A stretch of DNA of 32,000 bases from Geobacter sulfurreducens PCA (GTDB lineage: Bacteria > Desulfobacterota > Desulfuromonadia > Geobacterales > Geobacteraceae), in the NCBI RefSeq assembly GCF_000007985.2, contig NC_002939.5, positions 3,240,001 through 3,272,000 on the forward strand, read 5' to 3'. Position 1 is the stretch's first letter. Every line of letters begins with the position of its first letter. Shown in pieces: positions 1-8,712 of this stretch. Position numbers and translations under genes: made by a program. Below the pieces are notes generated by a model. That model searched no databases. It saw nothing but the letters and a program-made list of their open reading frames with translations, and was not told where the DNA came from.

Positions 1-606
1 ACGGTCGGCGAGATGGAGCGAATCGCCGAGCGGGTCCGCGAGACGGCCAGAACCGTGGAAAGTCTCGGGGCCCGGAGTGATCAGATCGGTGAAATCATCG
101 GCACCATTGAGGATATCGCCGACCAGACGAACCTTCTGGCCCTGAACGCGGCCATCGAGGCGGCCCGGGCCGGTGAACAGGGGCGCGGCTTCGCCGTGGT
201 CGCCGACGAGGTCCGGGCACTGGCGGAGCGGACATCCCGCGCTACCAGGGAAATCAGTACCATGATCAAGGCGATCCAGCAGGAGACCAAGGGGGCCGTC
301 GCCTCCATGGAGCAGGGGGTGCGGGAAGTGGAACGCGGCACGGCCGAGGCATCCCAGTCGGGCAAGGCCTTGGAAGAGATCCTGGAGCAGGTGGGCTGTG
401 TGACCATGCAGATCAACCAGATAGCAACGGCAGCCGAGCAGCAGACCTCGACCACGTCGGAGATCAGCGGCAACATCCAGCAGATTACCGATGTGGTTCA
501 GCAGACGGCCCGGGGTGCCCAGGAAACCGCGGCGGCCGCGCGGCAACTCTCGCAGCTGTCGGCAGAGCTGCAGCACCTGATCGGCCAGTTCCATCTCGCA
601 GCCTGA
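1..606 (+). CDS. methyl-accepting chemotaxis protein, C-terminal signalling domain (5' end upstream of window)
   Basis: Frame-1 ORF is open from base 1. It carries the MCP hairpin-tip signature [38 protein letters not shown] and flanking methylation-helix repeats. Stop TGA at 604-606. Confidence 0.9.
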   Translation, partial: TVGEMERIAERVRETARTVESLGARSDQIGEIIGTIEDIADQTNLLALNAAIEAARAGEQGRGFAVVADEVRALAERTSRATREISTMIKAIQQETKGAVASMEQGVREVERGTAEASQSGKALEEILEQVGCVTMQINQIATAAEQQTSTTSEISGNIQQITDVVQQTARGAQETAAAARQLSQLSAELQHLIGQFHLAA

Positions 607-624
607 CCGTCTTCATCTGTTAAC

Positions 625-662
625 GAAAAAAGGACCCTCCGATCCGGGGGGTCCTTTTTTCG
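625..662 (+). terminator. rho-independent terminator after the MCP gene
   Basis: AAAAAAGGACCC-TCCGATCCGGG-GGGTCCTTTTTT: GC stem (631-637 pairs with 649-655) followed by a T6 run, with an A-run on the 5' side. Confidence 0.8.
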
Positions 663-761
663 TTACGTGACGCAGGCAGGGAACGCTATCGGGCGAGTAC
701 ATTTTTGATGACAAACAACGGACTCAATGGTAACTATGGGCAAACGCTAATGGGAGTACAC

Positions 762-1199
762 ATGAAGCAACTCAGTGCGGCCGCACTTTTCATATCCGGA
801 GCCCTGCTGCTCCTTTTGCCCCGGATTCTTGCCCCCGTCTGCATCCACGCTTCGAACATCGACCCTAAGCTCGGCGCATTCATGCCGTGCAGCGATGCGG
901 CTGCCATGACCTACGTAATCGGGGCCATCACCATGGCATGCAGTTGCGCTGTCATGTTCGCCCCCGACACTGCGACTGCGAAAGGGGCTCTCTGGTTGTG
1001 CCTGACGCTGGCGGGGCTCCTCTTCTACGGCTACCTGCTGACTCCCGGCGTCTGCCACGCGGAGGGAATGCCGTGCCGGGCAAGCACCCTGCCAGCGGCC
1101 CTCGCCCTGGGAGCCTTTCAGGTGTTCTTCAGCCTGCTGGGCCTTTTCTCGATCGGATCACTCGACCGGTTCCGCGCCTCGCTTCGCCGCCGCACCTGA
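762..1199 (+). CDS. DUF4418-like small integral membrane protein with paired conserved cysteines
   Basis: ORF 705-1199. The ATG at 762 is preceded by GGAG (752-755). Four hydrophobic helices with two C...MPC patterns (PVC...FMPC and GVC...GMPC), as I recall for DUF4418. Family assignment is from memory. Confidence 0.6.
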   Translation: MKQLSAAALFISGALLLLLPRILAPVCIHASNIDPKLGAFMPCSDAAAMTYVIGAITMACSCAVMFAPDTATAKGALWLCLTLAGLLFYGYLLTPGVCHAEGMPCRASTLPAALALGAFQVFFSLLGLFSIGSLDRFRASLRRRT

Positions 1200-1391
1200 G
1201 CAGTAACCCGTCGGAGAGCCCCTTTTACCCTTACACCCAGCCCCCTCAACAAGTCGATCACAGCAACCATGCTCCGCTCACCCGCCCCCGAACGGTAACA
1301 TGCACTATCCCATCGGGTTCACCTTCGTGCAATCTCTCCAACTCTATTCATAATTACAATGCCATTGTTTTAAATCATAAATATTATCAAT

Positions 1392-1420
1392 TTGACATAT
1401 GCATACAATGCAATTGAAAT
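1392..1420 (+). promoter_or_regulatory. sigma70-like promoter for the double-cubane protein operon
   Basis: TTGACA (1392-1397), a 17-nt spacer, then TGAAAT (1415-1420). It lies in the only AT-rich island of the region, 37 nt upstream of the ATG at 1457. Confidence 0.45.
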
Positions 1421-1456
1421 ACGCATTATTTTACCGCTTGTTGAGGAGGGGAACGG

Positions 1457-2752
1457 ATGACACCGGAACAGTTTGAAGTGAAGGCCAACCCGGCACTGTG
1501 GGAACGCCTGGGGATGAACGTTGAACGGTTTAGCGGCATGCCGAAAATGCTGACCGAGGCATTCCGAGGCATCTATCTGAGCCAGAAGAACAGGCCGGCG
1601 CGGATGGAGTACTTCGACGGCATGATTGCCGAGCTCCACAGCGGCCGGGTCGAGGAGCTCGTGACGGCCAAGGACGCCGGCCGCCCCGTAGTGGGAACGT
1701 TCTGCGTATATGTGCCCGAAGAGGTCATCATGGCAGTGGGCGGCATCTGCGTGGGGCTGTGCGGCGGCTCCCAGGGATCCATTCCCGATGCGGAGAAAGT
1801 CCTGCCCCGTAACATCTGCCCCATGGTGAAGTCGGCCTTCGGATTCAAGCTCGGCAAGATTTGCCCCTACTTCCAGGCCGTCGACCTGGTCTACGGCGAA
1901 ACTACCTGCGATGCCAAGAAAAAGACCTGGGAGCTCCTGGACCGCGAAGTGCCGACTCACGTAATGGAGATTCCCCAGATGAAGCGGGCGCGGGACAAAG
2001 CCCTCTGGCTGGAGGAGGTAAAGGATTTTACCTCAAAGATGGAGGAGGTATCCGGCAGGAAGGCAACGGCCGAAGGGATCGGCGCCGCCATCCGGGTCAT
2101 GAACGCCAAGCGCCTCGCCCTCCAGCGCCTCAACGACCTGCGCCACCACACCCCCTCGCCCATCAGCGGCAAGGATATGCTCCTCATCCAGCAGATCGCG
2201 TTCTATGATGATCCGGCCCGCTTCACCGCCAACGTGAACGAGCTCTGCGATGAACTGGATGAGCGGATCGCCGCCGGCGTGGCCGTTGCCCCCGCTGCCA
2301 CCCCACGGGTTATGGTATCGGGCACTCCGATGGCCCTCCCCAACTGGAAGCTCCATCACCTGATCGAATCCGCCGGCGCCGTGGTAGTTAATGAGGAAAG
2401 CTGTATCGGTACCCGGTACTACAAGGACCTGACCGACGAGAGCACCGCCACCGTCGACGAGCAACTGAGCCTGCTGACCGACCGGTACATGAAGATCGAC
2501 TGCTCCTGCTTCACCCCCAACGACGACCGGATCGAGCAGGTGCTGGTCGAATACCGGGCGTCCGGCGCCCAGGGACTCATCGACTACTGCCTCCAGTTCT
2601 GCCACACCTACAACATCGAAGCGGTCAAGCTGCGGGAGATGTGTGAGCGGGAGGGGATACCGTTCCTGGCCATCGAGACCGACTACTCCCCCGAAGATGT
2701 GGGGCAGCTCCAGACGCGGATCGAAGCGTTCATAGAGCAGATCCGGGGCTGA
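1457..2752 (+). CDS. double-cubane-cluster protein / 2-hydroxyacyl-CoA dehydratase (BcrC/BadD/HgdB) family iron-sulfur protein
   Basis: 431 aa with SD GAGGAGG upstream. Cys pattern typical of this family: FCVYVPEE, GICVGLCGG, ICPMVK, ICPYF, ETTCDAKKK, ESCIG, DCSCF, DYCLQFCH. Immediately followed by an activase gene. Confidence 0.85.
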   Translation: MTPEQFEVKANPALWERLGMNVERFSGMPKMLTEAFRGIYLSQKNRPARMEYFDGMIAELHSGRVEELVTAKDAGRPVVGTFCVYVPEEVIMAVGGICVGLCGGSQGSIPDAEKVLPRNICPMVKSAFGFKLGKICPYFQAVDLVYGETTCDAKKKTWELLDREVPTHVMEIPQMKRARDKALWLEEVKDFTSKMEEVSGRKATAEGIGAAIRVMNAKRLALQRLNDLRHHTPSPISGKDMLLIQQIAFYDDPARFTANVNELCDELDERIAAGVAVAPAATPRVMVSGTPMALPNWKLHHLIESAGAVVVNEESCIGTRYYKDLTDESTATVDEQLSLLTDRYMKIDCSCFTPNDDRIEQVLVEYRASGAQGLIDYCLQFCHTYNIEAVKLREMCEREGIPFLAIETDYSPEDVGQLQTRIEAFIEQIRG

Positions 2753-2756
2753 AACG

Positions 2757-3503
2757 ATGCTGATCGGGATCGACCTGGGCTCGCGTTCCATCAAGCTGGC
2801 CGCGGTTAAGGATGGAATCCTGGCGGAAAGCCTGGTCGTGGAGAGCGGGTTCGCCCCCCACGACCAGGCAGCACTGCTCCTGGCCCGCTTCAACGCCCGG
2901 CGGGTGGTGTCCACCGGTTACGGCCGCCACTTGGCCCAGCGGCACTTCGCCGGGGAGATCATCACCGAGATCAAGGCCCATGCCCTGGGGGCGCGACACG
3001 CGGACCCCTCATGCGAGACGGTACTGGACGTGGGGGGACAGGATTCCAAGGTGATCAACCTGGACGGCGCGGGGCGGGTGAAAAACTTCCAGATGAACGA
3101 CAAGTGCGCGGCCGGCACGGGTCGGTTTCTGGAGATCATGGCCGCCACCCTCGGCTACACCCTTGCCGAGTTCGGCGAGGCGGCCCTGGCCGCCCGGGAA
3201 GGGAACGCCATCGGAAGCATGTGCGCCGTGTTCGCCGAATCGGAAGTCATCTCCCTCAAGAACCGGGGGACACCTCCGGAGGCGATTGCGCGGTCCGTTC
3301 ACCTTGCCATCGTCGACCGCCTGGCCGCCATGCTGAACAAAGCCGGCCACGGTCGCCGGCTCGTCTTCTCCGGCGGTGCCGCCCGCAATCGTGCACTGGT
3401 CGGGCTGCTGGAGGAACGGCTGGGGGTTCGGTTCACGGTGCCGGAGCGCCCGGAAATAATGGGGGCACTGGGTGCAGCCCTTCACGCCGGCACCCTTGAC
3501 TGA
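2757..3503 (+). CDS. CoA-substrate-specific enzyme activase (BcrAD/BadFG/HgdC-type ATPase, [4Fe-4S]-bridged)
   Basis: 248 aa. ASKHA-fold N-terminus MLIGIDLGSRSIKLA, plus DVGGQDSK, NDKCAAGTGRFLE and a cluster-ligand Cys in SMCAVFAESE. Starts 4 nt after the upstream stop. Confidence 0.9.
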   Translation: MLIGIDLGSRSIKLAAVKDGILAESLVVESGFAPHDQAALLLARFNARRVVSTGYGRHLAQRHFAGEIITEIKAHALGARHADPSCETVLDVGGQDSKVINLDGAGRVKNFQMNDKCAAGTGRFLEIMAATLGYTLAEFGEAALAAREGNAIGSMCAVFAESEVISLKNRGTPPEAIARSVHLAIVDRLAAMLNKAGHGRRLVFSGGAARNRALVGLLEERLGVRFTVPERPEIMGALGAALHAGTLD

Positions 3504-3551
3504 CATCACCGGCCCCCTTCCCCCTGCCAGGCCACTACCTCCCCTCTCACC

Positions 3552-3591
3552 GGAGCGCCCGATCGGCAGCGCATCGCCGGCCGGGCGCTCC
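3552..3591 (+). terminator. GC-rich hairpin after the activase gene (terminator-like, no U-tract)
   Basis: GGAGCGCCCG (3552-3561) pairs with CGGGCGCTCC (3582-3591): a 10-bp perfect stem with a 20-nt loop. No T-run follows it. Confidence 0.45.
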
Positions 3592-3682
3592 CTCAGTTAA
3601 AATGGTTGCGACATCCCGACGCAGACGCTAAAATCACCAGAAAAATCCACCCCATCCGCCACCCCGGCGCCCCGACATCTCC

Positions 3683-4354
3683 ATGCGCGTCCTGATCATC
3701 GAAGACGAAAAGAAGGCCGCCGCCTACCTCCAAAAGGGGTTCGCGGAGAACGGCTTCACGGCCGACACCGCCGCATCCGGCGACGACGGCCTCCACTTGG
3801 CGCGTACCGAGAACTATGACCTGATCATCCTCGACATCATGCTGCCCGGCCGGGACGGATGGGAAGTACTGGAAGAGCTGCGGAAAGAAGGGAGCGAGGT
3901 GCCGGTCATCTACCTGTCGGCCCGGGATGCGGTGCACGACCGGGTGCGAGGGCTTGAACTGGGGGCCGACGACTACCTGGTGAAGCCCTTCGCCTTCTCG
4001 GAACTCCTGGCGCGGGCACGGACCATTCTCCGGCGAGGGCCGTCCCGCCAGCCGGAACGTCTGCGGGCTGACGACCTGGAGATGGATCTCGTGGGGCACA
4101 AGGCCCGGCGGGAGGGAAGGCCCATCGACCTCACCGCCAAGGAATTCATCCTGTTATCGCTGCTTTTGCGCCGTAAAGGCGAGGTACTTTCCCGCACCCT
4201 CATCGCCGAACAGGTGTGGGGAATCAATTTCGACAGCGACACTAACATCGTCGACGTAGCGATCCGTCGGCTACGGCGCAAGGTCGACGACCCCTTCGAG
4301 AGGAAGCTCATCCACACCGTCCGCGGAGCAGGCTATGTACTTGAAGCGAAGTGA
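3683..4354 (+). CDS. OmpR-family heavy-metal response regulator (CusR/CopR-like)
   Basis: 223 aa. Receiver domain with [14 protein letters not shown] and KPF, plus a C-terminal winged-helix Trans_reg_C domain ([11 protein letters not shown]...VRGAGYVLE). Confidence 0.9.
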   Translation: MRVLIIEDEKKAAAYLQKGFAENGFTADTAASGDDGLHLARTENYDLIILDIMLPGRDGWEVLEELRKEGSEVPVIYLSARDAVHDRVRGLELGADDYLVKPFAFSELLARARTILRRGPSRQPERLRADDLEMDLVGHKARREGRPIDLTAKEFILLSLLLRRKGEVLSRTLIAEQVWGINFDSDTNIVDVAIRRLRRKVDDPFERKLIHTVRGAGYVLEAK

Positions 4355-5762
4355 CGGCCCCTCCCCGGGAACGCTCTCCCTTGCCGCGCGTCTCACCGTC
4401 CTCTCCACCCTCGCCACCACCGGCGTCCTCCTCTTTGCCATCGTGTTTCAGTTCCTTGCCCTGGTAAGCGACCTGGAGTTCGAGGACAACGACTTCATCA
4501 TCGACAAGATCCGGGTTATCGAGGCGATCATCGTCCGTTACCCCGAAGACAGAGTGCACCTTGAGCAGGAAGTCCAGTGGGAAGGGAGCATGCGCGAGGA
4601 TAGCCGGTACCTGGTCCGCATCGCCGACGCCCGGAAAAATATCATAATGGAGACGCGGGGAATGGACCGCATTGCCCCGCCCGCCATGTTTCCCCGGCCG
4701 GCCCGGGACACGCACGCCATCGGCCGGGGGAAGAAGCTCAAGACCCCCGAGGGCCGCGTCTACCTGGTAAACGCAGCCTGGACCGACGGGGGACGAGCGC
4801 CGGACAGCCGCCAGATCCAGGTGGCGCTGGACGTAACCGAAGAAGAGGAGATGCTTGAAGGATACAAGCAGAAGATGGCTTTTGTGTTTCTGGCCGGACT
4901 CTTTCTCTCGGCAGGTCTCAACGTGGTGGTGGTGCGACGGGGGCTGCGCCCCCTGGTCCAACTCACGGAGACGGCTGGCCGCATTGACGTGACAACCCTC
5001 CACGAACGGATCGATGCCCGGGTATGGCCTCGTGAGCTGGCCCGTTTCGCCGCCGCCTTCGACGCGATGCTCACCCGGCTCGAATCCTCCTTTGAGCGGC
5101 TTGAATCCTCCTCCGCCAACCTGGCCCACGAAATCCGCACCCCCCTCAACATCCTGCGGGGCGAAGCGGAAGTGACCCTCTCCCGGGCCCGTTCTCCGGA
5201 AGAATACCGCCGGGTCATCGAGTCGAGCCTTGAGGAGTACGAGCGGCTCTCGCGGCTCATCGACAACATTCTCTTCCTGGCCCGGGCCGAGCAGCGGATC
5301 GAACCGGTCCCCCTGGACGCGGGCCATGAACTGGAACTGCTTCAGGACTACTACGGCACCCTGGCAGAGGAAAAGGGAATCGCCATCTCGTGCACCGGCG
5401 AAGGAACGATTTCGGCCGATCCGCTCCTGTTCCAACGGGCCGTCGGGAACGTCCTCTCCAACGCCATCCGCTACACCCCAGCAGGGGGAACGATTACCGT
5501 CAGCATCGATCGGGCCGATGACGGCGCCGCACTCCTGACCGTCATCGACACGGGCATCGGTATCTCCGCGGACGACCTCCCACGGGTCTTCGACCGGTTC
5601 TACCGCAGCAGCGAGGCCCGTACCCTCAATGCCCAGGGAACCGGGCTCGGCCTCGCCATCGTTCGTTCTATCATGGAACTTCACCGGGGGAGCGTGACCA
5701 TCGATAGCGCTCCGGGCAGGGGGACCGCCGTGACGCTCCGCTTCCCACTCGCCAGCCAGTAG
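4335..5762 (+). CDS. heavy-metal sensor histidine kinase (CusS-like)
   Basis: 475 aa. Two TM helices flank a periplasmic domain of about 140 aa. H-box [11 protein letters not shown]-box NAIRYTP, G-boxes DTGIGI and GTGLGLAIV. Overlaps the regulator gene by 20 nt; SD GGAGCAGG. Confidence 0.9.
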   Translation: MYLKRSDGPSPGTLSLAARLTVLSTLATTGVLLFAIVFQFLALVSDLEFEDNDFIIDKIRVIEAIIVRYPEDRVHLEQEVQWEGSMREDSRYLVRIADARKNIIMETRGMDRIAPPAMFPRPARDTHAIGRGKKLKTPEGRVYLVNAAWTDGGRAPDSRQIQVALDVTEEEEMLEGYKQKMAFVFLAGLFLSAGLNVVVVRRGLRPLVQLTETAGRIDVTTLHERIDARVWPRELARFAAAFDAMLTRLESSFERLESSSANLAHEIRTPLNILRGEAEVTLSRARSPEEYRRVIESSLEEYERLSRLIDNILFLARAEQRIEPVPLDAGHELELLQDYYGTLAEEKGIAISCTGEGTISADPLLFQRAVGNVLSNAIRYTPAGGTITVSIDRADDGAALLTVIDTGIGISADDLPRVFDRFYRSSEARTLNAQGTGLGLAIVRSIMELHRGSVTIDSAPGRGTAVTLRFPLASQ

Positions 5763-5852
5763 TTTTTCTTTTCTTTCGAACTACCATTGGAGGCTCCCGA
5801 AGGGGACGGAGAGAGATCCTCAGCCACCGCCTCGCCACGCTCCAGTTACACC

Positions 5853-5874
5853 AGGATGACAAAATTGTCATCCT
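5853..5874. promoter_or_regulatory. CusR/HprR-type response-regulator box
   Basis: AGGATGACAA-AA-TTGTCATCCT: perfect 10-bp inverted arms. The core ATGACAA-NN-TTGTCAT equals the E. coli CusR box core. A TATGAT -10-like hexamer lies at 5905-5910. Confidence 0.7.
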
Positions 5875-5947
5875 TCCGTCATGATCCGGTCAGGTTCTCA
5901 CAGATATGATGGTCTGCTGAAGTATGATCCCTTCATGCGGAGCCTTC

Positions 5948-7849
5948 ATGAACCTGCGCCGTAACCTTGGCATCATCACCCTCTTTTCGCTCATCTACCT
6001 GGCCATCGCCACCGTGACCCGAACCGTGCTCCTCACCATGGTTCCGAAGGGGTCGGGGCTCACGCTCCCCCTTGTGGCAAAGGCCTACGCGGCGGGGCTT
6101 CTGTTCGACGTTGCCGCCCTTGCCTATCTTCTCATCCCGGCAGCCCTCTACCTGATCCTCGCACCACGACGGCTCGTGGAACACAGGAAGCACGCCTGGC
6201 TGGTCCAGGCGGCGTTCCTGGTCATCATCGCCGCCCTCATCTTCGGCGCCGTGGCCGAATACTTCTTCTTCGAGGAATTCGCCACCCGCTTCAACTTCAT
6301 TGCCGTGGACTATCTGATCTACACCGGCGAGGTGATCGGCAACATCCGCGAATCATACCCCCTCGTTCCGATCCTCGGCGCGATCCTGGCCGCGGCCCTG
6401 ATCCTCACCCGGCTGCTGCAGGGCGCCATCGACCGTGCAGCAGCCATCACCTTTTCGGGACGCAGGCGTCGCCTCGGCGCAGCGCTCCTGGCCCTTCCCC
6501 TGGCAGCCCTTCTCTTTGTGAACATCTCCACGACTGCAATCTCCGCCAACAGCTATGCCAACGAACTGGCAGGCAACGGTCTCTACGGCCTGTTCGCCGC
6601 CTTCCGCAACAACGAGCTGGACTTCACGCGCTTCTACGCAACCCGTGACAACCAGCAGGTCATGGCCCGCCTCCGGGACATGGTAGAAGAACGGAACAAC
6701 CACTTCGTTGCGCCCCCACCCCGCATGACCCGCCAGATAACCGGCGAAGGGAGGGAGAAACGGCTCAACGTCATCGTGGTGGTGGAAGAGAGCCTGAGCG
6801 CCGAATTCCTGGGAGCCTGGGGCGACACGCGGGGGCTGTCGCCGAACATCGACCGCCTGGCCCGGGAATCCCTCGTCTTCTCTCATCTCTACGCCAGCGG
6901 CACGAGGACCATCCGGGGGCTCGAAGCCCTCAGCCTCTCCATTCCGCCGCTCCCCGGGACCTCCATCGTCAAGCGCCCCGACAACGGCGGATTCCGCTCC
7001 TGGGGCGAGGTCATGAAGGAAAAGGGGTACGATACCCGCTACATCTATGCCGGTTACGGCTACTTCGACAACATGAACGCCTTCTTTTCCGCCAACGGCT
7101 TCGATATCGTGGACCGGAACAGCTTTGCCCAGGACGAAATCACCTTCGCCAACATCTGGGGAGTCTGCGACGAAGACCTCTTCCGCAAAACCATCCGGGA
7201 GTCGCGCGCATCCTTTGCCGCGGGCAGGCCGTTCTTCAGCATGGTGATGACCACCTCCAACCACCGCCCCTTCACCTACCCGGCGGGAAAGATCGACATC
7301 CCTTCAAAAACCGGCCGCGACGGGGGGGTAAAGTACGCCGACTATGCTATCGGCAGGTTCCTCGCAGAGGCGCGCAAAGAACCCTGGTTCAAGGATACGG
7401 TGTTCGTCTTCGTGGCCGACCACTGTGCCAGCAGCGCCGGCAAAACAGATCTGCCGGTGAAAAAGTACGAGATCCCGCTCCTGGTCTACGCACCCCATCA
7501 CGTCAAGCCGGGACGGGTCGATCGGATGATGGCCCAGATCGACGTGGCCCCCACCGTGCTCGGGCTCCTGAACATGAGCTACACCACCGATTTCCTGGGT
7601 CACGACATACTCAAGGCTGCCAACCGTCCGGAGCGGGCCTTCATCTCCACCTACCAGAAACTGGGTTACATCGAGGGTGACCGGCTCCTTATCCTGAGCC
7701 CCCAGAAGGGGGTGGGCGTCGTCCGCTTCGACCGCCGGAGCGGTGCCACCGAGCCGCTCCCCATGGATGAACGGCTCCTCCAGGAAGCCCTCGCCTGGTA
7801 CCAGGGGGCCAACTACATCTATAAAAACCGGCTCAACAGGATACCCTAG
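5948..7849 (+). CDS. LTA-synthase/MdoB-type membrane-anchored sulfatase-fold (alkaline phosphatase superfamily) transferase
   Basis: ORF 5924-7849. The ATG at 5948 has SD GGAG 5 nt upstream. Five N-terminal TM helices are followed by a sulfatase domain (VIVVVEESLSAEF, ASGTRTIRG, TTSNHRPF, VFVADHC). Confidence 0.85.
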   Translation: MNLRRNLGIITLFSLIYLAIATVTRTVLLTMVPKGSGLTLPLVAKAYAAGLLFDVAALAYLLIPAALYLILAPRRLVEHRKHAWLVQAAFLVIIAALIFGAVAEYFFFEEFATRFNFIAVDYLIYTGEVIGNIRESYPLVPILGAILAAALILTRLLQGAIDRAAAITFSGRRRRLGAALLALPLAALLFVNISTTAISANSYANELAGNGLYGLFAAFRNNELDFTRFYATRDNQQVMARLRDMVEERNNHFVAPPPRMTRQITGEGREKRLNVIVVVEESLSAEFLGAWGDTRGLSPNIDRLARESLVFSHLYASGTRTIRGLEALSLSIPPLPGTSIVKRPDNGGFRSWGEVMKEKGYDTRYIYAGYGYFDNMNAFFSANGFDIVDRNSFAQDEITFANIWGVCDEDLFRKTIRESRASFAAGRPFFSMVMTTSNHRPFTYPAGKIDIPSKTGRDGGVKYADYAIGRFLAEARKEPWFKDTVFVFVADHCASSAGKTDLPVKKYEIPLLVYAPHHVKPGRVDRMMAQIDVAPTVLGLLNMSYTTDFLGHDILKAANRPERAFISTYQKLGYIEGDRLLILSPQKGVGVVRFDRRSGATEPLPMDERLLQEALAWYQGANYIYKNRLNRIP

Positions 7850-7851
7850 CC

Positions 7852-8712
7852 ATGGAGACGCGATCCTCAGCCCCCCTGGATGCAGGGTTCTGGCTCCGGC
7901 ACTTTGCCGTACCGCTCCTTTTGTTCGGCTTCGCCGTCGCGGCCTGCGAAATAACCCACGTGGACCTGGCCCTGGCCGACCGATTTTACGATTTCGCTTC
8001 AGGCACCTGGCCCGCCCGGGAGTCATGGTGGGCCCAGTGGCTCATCCACAAGCGGGGCAGAGACCTGGTGGTGGTCGTGGCGAGTTTCTCACTGATCGCA
8101 TGGGTCCTCTCGTTCCAGATCGCACGCCTCAAGCGCTGGCGGTGGCAGGCGCTCTACCTGTTGCTGGTCATCTGTCTCGGCACCGGCCTGGTCGCCGTCG
8201 GCAAAAACCTGACCGGCCGCCACTGCCCCTGGGATATGGAGCGTTACGGCGGAACCGTTCCCTACACCAGGCTCTTTGAAGGTCCTACTCCCGGACCCGA
8301 CAAAGGGCGCTGCTTCCCCGCGGGGCACGCGGCAGGCGGCTATGCCCTCATGGGAATCTACTTCGCCCTGCGGGACCGTCGGGTGGCGACCGCCCGGGCA
8401 GGGCTCACGGCAGGCATTGCCCTCGGGACCATCTACGGCTACGGCCAGATGGCCCGCGGCGCCCATTTCCTCTCCCACACCATCTGGTCCGCTGCGGTCT
8501 GCTGGTTCGCGGCACTGGTGCTCTACGCTGCATTCAGGCCGCTCTTGGCCCCATCGGTGCGCAACAGCACCATCATGGATCGATCAGGAAACAATGGACC
8601 GGACGACGGTTGGAACGAGCGGAGGCCGCATCAGACCGTTCCCGACATGCCGGGCATGACGCAGTCGGCGCACGACGCAGGAGAAACCCTTGTCGTCCCG
8701 CGCCGGCCATAG
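7852..8712 (+). CDS. PAP2-family membrane phosphatase
   Basis: 286 aa, multi-TM. Acid-phosphatase motifs KNLTGRHCP, FPAGHAAGG and ARGAHFLSH. Starts 2 nt after the upstream stop. Confidence 0.8.
   Translation: METRSSAPLDAGFWLRHFAVPLLLFGFAVAACEITHVDLALADRFYDFASGTWPARESWWAQWLIHKRGRDLVVVVASFSLIAWVLSFQIARLKRWRWQALYLLLVICLGTGLVAVGKNLTGRHCPWDMERYGGTVPYTRLFEGPTPGPDKGRCFPAGHAAGGYALMGIYFALRDRRVATARAGLTAGIALGTIYGYGQMARGAHFLSHTIWSAAVCWFAALVLYAAFRPLLAPSVRNSTIMDRSGNNGPDDGWNERRPHQTVPDMPGMTQSAHDAGETLVVPRRP

Noticed and set aside
887-1417. 176-aa plus-strand ORF running from inside the DUF4418 gene across the intergenic region
   Set aside because: It is out of frame with a plausible membrane protein. The translation is Pro/Arg/Ser-rich and continues through the AT-rich promoter region. 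It is not coding.
4308-5684. 458-aa minus-strand ORF antisense to the histidine kinase
   Set aside because: Same reasoning as the other shadow ORFs: the kinase H, N and G boxes are on the plus strand, and the antisense translation is low complexity.
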